A stretch of DNA of 52,781 bases from assembly GCA_038257655.1 (NCBI GenBank), contig JBBSJC010000001.1, positions 1 to 52,781 of the forward strand, read 5' to 3'. Shown in pieces: positions 34,485 to 43,400 of the stretch. Every line of letters begins with the position of its first letter. The first letter of the stretch is position 1. The translations under genes and the position numbers were made by a program. Source of the DNA: Polyangiales bacterium (lineage in GTDB: Bacteria > Myxococcota_A > Polyangia > Polyangiales > DASUME01). Under the pieces are notes generated by a model, which was given only the letters and a program-made list of their open reading frames with translations, did not search any database and had not been told where the DNA came from.

Positions 34485-36731
34485 ATGATGGCGGGCTCAT
34501 TCAACCCCCGCGAGACCCCGACTGCGTCGCGCCCTACGAGTGACGTCAGTGCGCCGAGCTGCAATCTAACTAGCACCCGGGTCATGTGGTTGGGGCGCGA
34601 GGGCCCTCCCCCGGGGGTCGCCCAAATCCTGACTGACGCGGGCTGGGTAATCTGCGAGCGCCACGACAATCTCTGGCCTCCGCAGCGCATCGCATGGTTG
34701 GCCCAAGTGTCAGCTGCCGCGCGCGTCCATCGCTCCTTGCGCGGGCGCCGGATCGCCGTCGTGCACCCAGATCCCGGGGCCTCCGATGCGCTTGCAGAAG
34801 CGTTGCGCGCAAGCGGCGCGCAAGTGGTCGTCCTCAGCCTCGGCGAAGCAGGTCTGGACCGAGCCGAAGCGCTCGATCCCGAAGTCATCGTCATGCAGCC
34901 GGATCACCTGGACGGTACTGGCATCGAAGTGGTGGGATCGCTCTGGCGACACGAGCGGCTACGCTGGACGCCGATCTTACTGGTCCCTCACGCACGGCTC
35001 GGGGTTGCAGGCGCAAGCGCGCCAAACGTGCGAGAGCTCGTGATCGGCGTCAATCTGCTGTGCAGCGACTACGAATCCTTAGTGCGTCGCGCCTGCCGCA
35101 GCGAACCATTCGAGTTACGCCTGGAAGAGCTTGGCCCCATGCGCACCATGCGCGCCTTGCTCGAAAGCACAGGCGTGCTGCGCGCTCGTTTTGAAACCCC
35201 AGACCTGACGATTGAGGTCGACCTAGGCGAGGGTCTGATTATTGGTGCCCAGGGTGGTGCGCGCGAAAGCCAGGATCAGCAAAGCCTGCTCGGAGTGCAC
35301 GCGGTCGCAGCGCTGCAAGCGCAGCTTGTGGGCACGGTGTCCGCCTGGCCGGTCGCCTACCCAGCAGTGACTAATATTATGGCGCCGCTGGAAGCGATGC
35401 TACTAAGCTCCCACACTGCGCCGGCTTTGACAGATACCAGCATCTTGCGGGTCTCCTCGGTCAATATGCCGCCAGCCGCAGCGCCCGAAGCAGACGACTG
35501 GTTCGACAGCCCAACCAATCAACGCTCGCTGCCAGCACAAGTACGGGCATCCGCTGCCAATGAGAATCTCAGCGCCGGGTTGCAAGCCAGTAGCACCGCG
35601 CGTCCGAGCATGACGCGCCGCATCGAAAACACGAAGGAGCCAAGTGGCAGCATGCAAGGCAGCAGGACCACGCTGCCTGCTCCTTCGTTCGTCGTGCTCA
35701 GACCCATGCCAGCGGCGGCGCCGCACGCGCCTGAGAGCCCCGCAGCGCCAGTCGCACCGACAGCTACCGCACCGCGAATGCGCACAGCGCCGCCCCCTAC
35801 ACCGAGCCCAGCAGCGCCGGTAGTGCTGGCAGCGGCCCCTCCCCCTTCTGCGTCACGGCTGACGCCGCCACCTCCGCTGACGCCGCCACCTCCGCTAACG
35901 TTGCCACCGCGCATTCCGGCGCCACTGCCTACTCGAGCAAGCGTTCAAGCCGTGGCGCCCGCCGCTGCTGGTCCGCTGCGCGCGGAGCCGGCCAAGCCGA
36001 AGTCGGCATCTGCGCTCGAGATCAATACCGATGTGGTTTCCGTCAGACCGGCACGTCGATCGCGACGCGCCCCGGGGATCATAGTGGGGCTGAGCATCGT
36101 GGCCCTGAGCATCGTGGCCCTGAGCATCGCGGTCCTGCACCACACCGAGTCTCCGAGCGTGCATGCGCCCTCTGTCCCCAGCCCGCTTAACGCGGCAACC
36201 GAACCCGCGCGGATGATTGCCGCCTTGCAGCCGCTCCCTTCCGACGCGCCCGCTCCATCCCTGCCCATGGCAGCAGGCGCGGGCGACGCCGAGCAGACCG
36301 GCCCCGAAGTCAGGAACGATGTCCAGGAAGTCGTAGACGGCGCCCCCGAATTCGGAGGCGAATCTGCGCCTGTCAGCCCCGCCCAGCGCCGCTTAGCGAG
36401 TCGCCTGGTCGCGCGCGGCCATCAGCTACGGCGCGCTCAGGAGTACGAGGCGGCTCGCGCACAGTATGCCGAGTCCGCGCGTGTCTATCCCCATTACCCA
36501 CGCGCCCTGGCGGGCATTGCCGAGGCGTGCCTGGGGCTCGGTGACAAGGAAGGTGCGCTCGCGGCGGCGCGCGCAGTGGTACAACGTCGACCGCGTTTTG
36601 CAGATGACCATCGTCTTTTGGGCGACGCTTACAGGCTCAACGCGCTGATGCCGGAGGCGCGCAGCGCATGGCAGCGGGCCGCAGCGCTTGGTAGTCGCAC
36701 GGCGCGCGAGCGTCTCAAGGCTTTTCCGTAA
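34485..36731 (+). CDS. large multidomain protein: receiver-like domain, DUF4388-like segment, Pro-rich linker, one TM helix and C-terminal TPR
   Basis: GGGAGAAG precedes the ATG. The receiver-like block is RIAVVHPD...EVIVMQPDHLDGTGIEVV...TPILLV. The Pro-rich repeats are LTPPPPLTPPPPLTLPP, and the hydrophobic helix is IIVGLSIVALSIVALSIAVL. The TPR-like tail reads AQEYEAARAQYAESARVYPHYPRALAGIAEACLGLGD.... Confidence 0.65.
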   Translation: MMAGSFNPRETPTASRPTSDVSAPSCNLTSTRVMWLGREGPPPGVAQILTDAGWVICERHDNLWPPQRIAWLAQVSAAARVHRSLRGRRIAVVHPDPGASDALAEALRASGAQVVVLSLGEAGLDRAEALDPEVIVMQPDHLDGTGIEVVGSLWRHERLRWTPILLVPHARLGVAGASAPNVRELVIGVNLLCSDYESLVRRACRSEPFELRLEELGPMRTMRALLESTGVLRARFETPDLTIEVDLGEGLIIGAQGGARESQDQQSLLGVHAVAALQAQLVGTVSAWPVAYPAVTNIMAPLEAMLLSSHTAPALTDTSILRVSSVNMPPAAAPEADDWFDSPTNQRSLPAQVRASAANENLSAGLQASSTARPSMTRRIENTKEPSGSMQGSRTTLPAPSFVVLRPMPAAAPHAPESPAAPVAPTATAPRMRTAPPPTPSPAAPVVLAAAPPPSASRLTPPPPLTPPPPLTLPPRIPAPLPTRASVQAVAPAAAGPLRAEPAKPKSASALEINTDVVSVRPARRSRRAPGIIVGLSIVALSIVALSIAVLHHTESPSVHAPSVPSPLNAATEPARMIAALQPLPSDAPAPSLPMAAGAGDAEQTGPEVRNDVQEVVDGAPEFGGESAPVSPAQRRLASRLVARGHQLRRAQEYEAARAQYAESARVYPHYPRALAGIAEACLGLGDKEGALAAARAVVQRRPRFADDHRLLGDAYRLNALMPEARSAWQRAAALGSRTARERLKAFP

Positions 36732-36758
36732 GGCTGCTGCGGCGCGGCCGTGACCCGA

Positions 36759-37436
36759 TCAAGTCTTCGCTGGCTCAGCGAGCAGCAGACGATTTTTGGG
36801 CGTGATGCGCTCCGGAATCGTCTGTGTGTGCACGCGGTAGCCCGCCGCCTGCAAGCGGGCGACGCGCATCATATCAATCGCGAGTGCGGCATCGACCCAG
36901 CCCTCAAGTCCGCCTGTGTCCGAGGTCTGAGCGTCGTGACAACATGGTAAGAGTGCCACGCGTGCCCGCGCCCCGATCGCGCGCTCGAGTACCTGATCCG
37001 TCAGCGAGCCGCAGGCGTGAATCGAGACCACGAGGTCCGTCGTCGCAAGCGGGATCGACGCCAAATCAGCCTGCTGCAATGTCACCCGCTCCCACAGCCG
37101 CGGCCAATGGGCATGGAGCACGTCCTGCAGGCGCTGAGCGCTAGGCGGCAGGCGCGTATCGATCGCAAGCGCGTACTCACTCGTGGCATCGAGGATCAAC
37201 AGCAGCTGCGCAGTCAGCCCGTGCCCACAGGCCAAGTCGACCACACGCCCGCCGCGAAAGCGCCGACGCACACGCCGCGCAACCTCCCAGGATTCATAGA
37301 GCTCCTTGCGCGGCAAACAGTCCGCTTCGCACACGACGCGCGCCACGCGATGAAACAACGTGTCTTCGGTAAAACGCGGGAGATCACGCAATGACAGCAC
37401 GGAGCGACTAGAGGGCGCAAAGCTCACGATGCACAC
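36759..37436 (-). CDS. class I SAM-dependent methyltransferase (Methyltransf_32-like)
   Basis: The sequence contains RVVDLACGHGLTAQLL, VVSIHACGSLTD and ALLPCCHD. The start is a GTG. Confidence 0.6.
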   Translation of the reverse strand: MCIVSFAPSSRSVLSLRDLPRFTEDTLFHRVARVVCEADCLPRKELYESWEVARRVRRRFRGGRVVDLACGHGLTAQLLLILDATSEYALAIDTRLPPSAQRLQDVLHAHWPRLWERVTLQQADLASIPLATTDLVVSIHACGSLTDQVLERAIGARARVALLPCCHDAQTSDTGGLEGWVDAALAIDMMRVARLQAAGYRVHTQTIPERITPKNRLLLAEPAKT

Positions 37437-37516
37437 GACACAGCGCTGTAGACCAACATCGTCATCACGTGGCCAAGCCTAAGGCAGCGCACGCACCGAG
37501 ACAATACGCGCTTTAC

Positions 37517-38770
37517 TTAGTTTTCGAAGCGCACAGAAAAGCGCGCGCGGTACGCCGCAAATAGCGGCTCGACCCCCTTTGCAGTTAGTCCAAAGTCCGA
37601 GAGCTGATAGCGATGCCTGCCGTACTTATGCTGTGGGTTATGCGCCCGTGTCTCGCGCATGCGCGTTTCGAGCTCGGCATCAAACGGCAGCTTCAACGTC
37701 GCATACACCTGCTTGGCACAGGCCACCGGATCAGAAATCAGGTCGTAGTAGGATACGTCGACAAAGCCTTGATCGTGCACCTCGTCCCGTGCCGCAAGGG
37801 CGCGCTCAAGCATGCGTCCGAGCTTACGCGACCAGTCGCGACCAATCTCGCCTGCGGCCACGCGATCGCTGAAGACGCCGCGACCGTGCTTAATCATGCT
37901 GCAAAACGAAGCTAAGGTACGGACGGGGTCACGATGGGTATGGATCACCTGTACACCCGGAAACACCTTGCACAGGACGTCGAGATGCTCGAGATGGTGG
38001 GGGGTCTTGAGGATCCAGCGATCCGGACCGCGCGCCTGGCTCAAGATTTTGAGTAGCGTCGCCATGTACTCGTAGGCGGGGGTGTTGTCTTGAGCCTCGA
38101 GCCAGCGGGCATAACTTGGCACGTTCAAGGTTGCTTCGGGCACCGTGCTCAAGAATGCGTAGTCGAGCAGCAACACATCTTCTTCTGGCGCGTCTGCTTC
38201 GACTGGATGAATCGCGAAAAAGTCGGGCGCCATGTAAGCCAGTGCGCGTTCGCTGAGCTTGGCCTGCCACAGACGCGGCTCAAGGCCGCCAAACAGTGGC
38301 GCGACAGGGGACACCGGAGCGAGCGCCTCCCACGAGATCAAGGCGCGCAAACGCGGATCGCTGGCGAGCAAACGGTGCAGCATGGTCGTGCCCGTGCGCT
38401 GCAAACCGGCGATCACGATCGGCGCTGGCAAGCTGCGCCTGGCAATCTCCGGCTGTCGCTTCAACAAGTTCGTGACGCGCAAGCGCGTGCTCAACGCTGC
38501 CACCAGGCGCACCTTGGTGATCAGTCTGCCGACCGTATGCAGCTGCGCTTCGCTTTCGATCGCGCGCAGCAGCACGTCCAGGGGAATGCGAAAGGACTCG
38601 TCACCAAAATCCTGCAGCCCCGTCTTACTGCGTGCTGCGCGGAACAGCTCCGCCTCGTGGATGGGCCCGCTGCCCACGCCTAAACGCGCAAGCGCCGCGC
38701 CGAGACGATTGACGGCCGCGACCGCCCGCGGCCGATACGGCAGCTCATCCTCAGTCTGCATAGGGCTCAT
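37517..38770 (-). CDS. sulfotransferase family protein
   Basis: The PAPS-binding loop reads PIVIAGLQRTGTTMLHRLL, and the 3-prime-phosphate region reads ..THRDPVRTLASF. The ATG at 38770 overlaps the upstream stop (ATGA). Confidence 0.75.
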   Translation of the reverse strand: MSPMQTEDELPYRPRAVAAVNRLGAALARLGVGSGPIHEAELFRAARSKTGLQDFGDESFRIPLDVLLRAIESEAQLHTVGRLITKVRLVAALSTRLRVTNLLKRQPEIARRSLPAPIVIAGLQRTGTTMLHRLLASDPRLRALISWEALAPVSPVAPLFGGLEPRLWQAKLSERALAYMAPDFFAIHPVEADAPEEDVLLLDYAFLSTVPEATLNVPSYARWLEAQDNTPAYEYMATLLKILSQARGPDRWILKTPHHLEHLDVLCKVFPGVQVIHTHRDPVRTLASFCSMIKHGRGVFSDRVAAGEIGRDWSRKLGRMLERALAARDEVHDQGFVDVSYYDLISDPVACAKQVYATLKLPFDAELETRMRETRAHNPQHKYGRHRYQLSDFGLTAKGVEPLFAAYRARFSVRFEN

Positions 38771-39882
38771 GGTGCAAGCTCCGCGAGCTCGGCAACCTTC
38801 ACCACGCGGGTGCTCGGTTGTGGATGATGGTCGGCGCGCACCCAGCGCCAACACATCGTGCCAAAGGCGTGCCCGGCCGTACTCAACCAGTTGGCCAAGC
38901 CTGGATTTTGATGGGCAATCACCACGCGCACGCTGCCGTCCTCGTTAAGCTCAGCTCCCGCCTTGTTGATGCAGACTTCGTAATGGCGATAGTCGAGGGA
39001 CTCCATCCAATAGTTATTGAGCTGGAAATTCCAGTACTCGCAGTCAGGTGGAGTCGCGTGGATCAGCAGCGCCTCATCGGGCGCAAGCTCCCAGTAACTG
39101 TGATAGTAAGCAATGTTCGGATCCCCTCCGAACATGCGCGACAGGTTGGGGTCAAATTGGGGTAGCTGGTTTGCATGCTTTTTGAAACCGTGGGCCCAGC
39201 TTGGAAAGATCATCGCGCAGGCACTGACCAGGCTTGCCGCGCTCTGCAGACCGCGATCGAGCTCGGCTGCCACAATGGGCAGCGGGGCGGGTTTTGTCGC
39301 AGCTCCGATGCGTTCCAGCGTCAGCTCCGCGCGCATCTCTCGGCTACGATCCAAAAACGTCTGGCGCACGATCAACGTGCCATCCGCGTCGGGTAGCTTG
39401 AGCCAGTTGCCAGGCTTTTCGTGTTTGCTCAGCACAAGCTCGACGCGACCGTCAGCATCGACAGTAAGGTCCTTGGCTTCGATGAAGCCCGCCGGGGGCA
39501 TGCCGCGACCCTGACCGTAATGTCCCTGCTGGGTGGCTAAGCTTAGGTACGGAACGCTGCCGCGGGTACCGTGCAAGCGGTATTCGTAGTCGCCATGAAC
39601 CGGCGCATTTTCATACCAGTTGTCCGGGTTGTCGGCCCCCATCTTGATCGTCTCGTGCACGGTGCGCCGCAGCACGGGAGCCATCGGGTCGGCAAACTCC
39701 ACGAACGTTTCGAGCGCAGCGCGGGTCAGTCGCGTGAGATAGCGCGTGCCTTCGGCCCGGCTCAACGCATCACTGGGCGCGTCCTTACCAAAGATCGGAT
39801 CGCCGGCGCTTTTCAGGCGCTCGCAGAACTCACGCCAGCTCGTGCCATCGACAATGCGCTGCGTGGCTTTGTCGTCAGTCAC
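38767..39882 (-). CDS. DUF1214-domain protein
   Basis: The C-terminal pattern YWNFQLNNYWMESLDY...NEDGSVRVVIAHQNPGLANWLSTAGH fits my recollection of DUF1214. The GTG start overlaps the SDR stop (GTGA). Confidence 0.55.
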   Translation of the reverse strand: MTDDKATQRIVDGTSWREFCERLKSAGDPIFGKDAPSDALSRAEGTRYLTRLTRAALETFVEFADPMAPVLRRTVHETIKMGADNPDNWYENAPVHGDYEYRLHGTRGSVPYLSLATQQGHYGQGRGMPPAGFIEAKDLTVDADGRVELVLSKHEKPGNWLKLPDADGTLIVRQTFLDRSREMRAELTLERIGAATKPAPLPIVAAELDRGLQSAASLVSACAMIFPSWAHGFKKHANQLPQFDPNLSRMFGGDPNIAYYHSYWELAPDEALLIHATPPDCEYWNFQLNNYWMESLDYRHYEVCINKAGAELNEDGSVRVVIAHQNPGLANWLSTAGHAFGTMCWRWVRADHHPQPSTRVVKVAELAELAP

Positions 39883-40853
39883 GTCGCGCCTCGCAGGCTC
39901 TCGCCCAAGGCGCGCACGATCAAAGCCTCGCTCTCGCGAAACAACAGCGCACTAAGCTTGGGATCGAGAGATTCGGTCGCCGCCGGCTTCTCCTGCATCA
40001 CGTGCAAATACTTGCCCGTCGTGCCTTCCAGGGTACGCGCACAGCACAGGTAAAGCACCGGCTCCGCAGCCGTCTCGGGCGCGCGAAAAAAGCGATCCAT
40101 CACCCTGCCTAGCAGGGGCTTTACCCAGTCGGGCGCCTCGCGCGCGATGTCCGTATTGACCGCGCCCGGACAACAGGAAAAAACGGAAACCTTAGTCTCC
40201 AGACGCCGCGCGAGCTCCGCCGCGTAGGTATTGAGCAGCAGCTTCGAATAACCGTAAACCTTCATGCCGGCCATGGCTCCGAACGGCTCAAAGCGTCCGA
40301 GCTTGACCAGGTCGATAGGCCCCGCATCGCGATGGGACTCGCTCGACACGAATACGATGCGAGGCTGGGTGCTGCGGCTAGTTGCAATCAGACCCTTTGC
40401 CAGCAGCCGCTCGATCAACAGCACATTGGCCAAGTAGTTCACGCCGAACATCAGCTCAAAGCCCTGCTCTGTCGGCCGGGCCTCACGGGGTACCACCCCC
40501 GCGTTCAGCACCACCAAATCAAGGCGCACCCCGTCGCGCGCAAGCCCATCACAAAACGTCGTGATCGATCGCAAGTCGGCAAGCTCGAGCGCGCGCATCT
40601 CCACCTCTTGGGACCCAGTTTCGCGTTTGACCTCTTCGCCAGCCTCTGGAATGCCGCTGCGACAGGCCATGATCACCTTGGCGCCGCGCGCGGCAAGCTG
40701 CACCGCGATCGCTTTACCAAGCCCACGATTGGCGCCGGTGACGAGCGCGACCTTACCGTCGATGCGTTCGTCAATCTGGAGTGACATGACATTGCGCGCC
40801 CCCCGTGAGATGTCAAAAAGGCCTGACAGTGTAGCGCTGATGGGATTCTTCAT
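39879..40853 (-). CDS. SDR-family oxidoreductase
   Basis: The sequence contains GKVALVTGANRGLGKAIAVQLAARGAKVIMACR, NAG and YGYSK (YxxxK). The alternative Met at 40787 (MSLQIDERIDGK) is also plausible. Confidence 0.8.
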   Translation of the reverse strand: MKNPISATLSGLFDISRGARNVMSLQIDERIDGKVALVTGANRGLGKAIAVQLAARGAKVIMACRSGIPEAGEEVKRETGSQEVEMRALELADLRSITTFCDGLARDGVRLDLVVLNAGVVPREARPTEQGFELMFGVNYLANVLLIERLLAKGLIATSRSTQPRIVFVSSESHRDAGPIDLVKLGRFEPFGAMAGMKVYGYSKLLLNTYAAELARRLETKVSVFSCCPGAVNTDIAREAPDWVKPLLGRVMDRFFRAPETAAEPVLYLCCARTLEGTTGKYLHVMQEKPAATESLDPKLSALLFRESEALIVRALGESLRGAT

Positions 40854-41555
40854 GGGCCGCAGAGCGATAGCAGAAAACCGTCACACGCTGCTACTTCGAT
40901 TGCTCGTGAGCGCCGATGACCTTCACCGAGACAGCGGCGCCAGTCGCCCATGCGGACAAGGCGCGCGTCCTGCGCGCGTCCTGCACAGCGCTCGTCTGCT
41001 GTTCATTGGCGCGCACTGCATCGACATCCTCGTCGTGCGAAGGCGGAGGGATGCGCTTCATGGCAGCCGATGATGGCGTTCCCGGCCGTCCCCGCAGCCT
41101 AGTCCTGCGTCACCTTAGATATCCCTACATTGCAGGATGAGGTATGGCCTAAGCTGACCGAGTCAGGAAGCGTGCGCATGCCGCTTGCGCAGGGACTTTG
41201 GTGCACGCGCTTCGGCACGCTGGCAAACCGCTCCGACAGCCGATGGATGCTTAACTGTGCGATCGCACGCAAACCTTAGTTTCCACCCTGGGCAGGCTTT
41301 CGTTCTTAGGCGGAACAGGTCGCGTACTTAGGCCTATTTTTTGTGCGTGGGCCACGATCGCCTGCGTCTTTTTTGTCACCCATAGCAAAGCTACTTGCAC
41401 GAATGATTGGAATTGAGGGACGATCTAAGGACGGACTCACCCACCTCCCTCCAGGCCGAGCCCCCACTTAGCCTGGCGTCCAAGAGCTCGCGCCGATCAT
41501 GTTCGACGCGCCTCACGCTCACAGGCATGGTCATGTGCGTGTGTGACCGACGTGC

Positions 41556-42092
41556 GTGTTTGCAGGCTCTCTCCCGCTGAAGCCCCACTCCACCCAGGCG
41601 ACTTTGAATACTCCCCTCAAACCAAACGCAGACGCGACGATCGCAGACGCGGCTATTGCTGACGCGGCGGGCGCGGAGCCAAGCTCAGCCTCAGAGCGTC
41701 GGCACGAGCAGTATCGGCAAGTAGAAGCCGCGCTGCGAAGCGCAGGTCTGCCGCTTAGCCGCAGCGAGTTGCGCACAGCGCTCGCCCTGGAGGCGGGTGA
41801 GTCCGAGTTGCTGCACGGCCTGGTGGGCCGCGAGCCTTTCATCGAAGTCGACGCGCGTCGCTGGGGCTTGATCGATCGCGATCTGCCGGGGGGCGAAATC
41901 GGCTTTCGCCAGGCCCTGGACGCCATCCGCGATGCGAACAGCAAGGACACGGAGAGCGCGTACCTTACTGTGCAAAAGCTATCGAGGGTGCATGCGACGT
42001 GGAGCTACGAAATGGCCGCTTCTGCCTTTCGCGTTCACAAAACGCAAGCGCTGTCATTTCCGCGCACATTGAGCGGCATCAAGCTGCGCTAG
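41556..42092 (+). CDS. hypothetical protein (possible winged-helix or HARE-HTH-like core)
   Basis: The 178-aa ORF has a GTG start. The core YRQVEAALRSAGLPLSRSELRTAL...EPFIEVDARRWGLIDRD resembles small wHTH modules. The start and the coding status of the first 40 aa are uncertain. Confidence 0.35.
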   Translation: MFAGSLPLKPHSTQATLNTPLKPNADATIADAAIADAAGAEPSSASERRHEQYRQVEAALRSAGLPLSRSELRTALALEAGESELLHGLVGREPFIEVDARRWGLIDRDLPGGEIGFRQALDAIRDANSKDTESAYLTVQKLSRVHATWSYEMAASAFRVHKTQALSFPRTLSGIKLR

Positions 42093-42129
42093 CGGGATCA
42101 AGTTGCGCTAACGTCGTTTTCGCGGCCCA

Positions 42130-43044
42130 CTAATCCGCGTCGGGTGCTAGCTCACTCTGCGAAGGCACGGGGATAGCCGGCGGGTTGCGTGAGAGCCAGC
42201 GTGTGAGCGCAGGCTCGAAAAGCTGCGCGTCGCGTGCCCCTAGCGCAAGCGTCTCGACGACAGGCGCGCGCTCCGTGTAATCCCAACGCTCGATCGGCAC
42301 CCGCTCACTCGGCGCAATATAAAGCCGCGTGCCGCGCTCGCCAGTGGCTCCCTGAGGGTAAGGTCGCGATAGCAGCACCAGGTTTTGCTTCACATCAGGA
42401 TGACGCTCGACCAGGTAGGCAGGCGCATTGTCGACGATGCCGCCATCGAGCAGCACCTGGCCACGGAAGTTGCCCACCGGGGTAAAAGGCGGGGTAGCAG
42501 ACGAGGCCAACACCAGGTCCGCTAGCTCGTCGGGCGTCTCGCAATCGCGCGCGTCAAAGACGAACTCGCGATAGCCGAGCTGCATGCCAGCCCGTGGGTG
42601 CAAAAGCTCTGGCGAGCGCTGCTTTTCATAGGCGTAAGCCCCAAAACCAAGCCACACCGCGGCGCCGATCGGTACATACGAGGGCGCAATCGTACACAAC
42701 ACGTAAATCGGGAACGGCAGCGCGCGGATGCGTTCAAGCCCACCATCGAGCAGCGCATGTCGCACCGTGCTTCGATAAATCGGCCCATGGGGGGCTATCG
42801 GCTCACCGCGCAGGGCGCGCCGCAGATCGACGTTTCTCGTGATGCCCTTGCGCAAGCCATCCCAGTGCGTACGCGCCTCATCGCGCCGCCCCGACAATAG
42901 TAAGACCACGATCGCAGAGCCTGCGCTGCAGCCCGAAACCGCAGCCACGCGCGGCCAGATGCGCTCGCCCCAGGCTTCGACCAACCCCTGTTGATAAAAA
43001 GAACGATTGCCGCCGCCGGCGAAGGTGAGTCCGAGATCGCGCAT
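42130..43044 (-). CDS. patatin-like phospholipase
   Basis: The oxyanion GGGNRS, the nucleophile elbow GCSAG (GxSxG) and the catalytic DGG (LLDGGIVDNAP) are all present. Confidence 0.8.
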   Translation of the reverse strand: MRDLGLTFAGGGNRSFYQQGLVEAWGERIWPRVAAVSGCSAGSAIVVLLLSGRRDEARTHWDGLRKGITRNVDLRRALRGEPIAPHGPIYRSTVRHALLDGGLERIRALPFPIYVLCTIAPSYVPIGAAVWLGFGAYAYEKQRSPELLHPRAGMQLGYREFVFDARDCETPDELADLVLASSATPPFTPVGNFRGQVLLDGGIVDNAPAYLVERHPDVKQNLVLLSRPYPQGATGERGTRLYIAPSERVPIERWDYTERAPVVETLALGARDAQLFEPALTRWLSRNPPAIPVPSQSELAPDAD

Positions 43045-43400
43045 CGGGGTTTTCTACTCGCGGACGCTCGCCGAGCAACTACCGAGCGCAACTGCACGAT
43101 AAGCCGTGCGAGAGCCGCGCACGTTCTGTGCGTGAACGCGAACCCGCTATCGCCGGCCAGCTGTCTGACTTGCTTGAGGGCTACGAGGCCTAGGCGAAGC
43201 CTTAGGACGGCCCCCTGGCCCCTGTAGCGAGTGGCGGCGGGACAAAGGCCTGCTAAAATCCGCCCTCGTCACATCATCGCATCGCGATTTTTCGTCGTTT
43301 AACGTGCACTTCCGTGCGCCAAGTGACGAAGAGCGGTTGAACGATCCTCGATCGTCCCGTATCCAGCGCGCAGCGGCTCTAGAACGGATCAAGGCAACGT

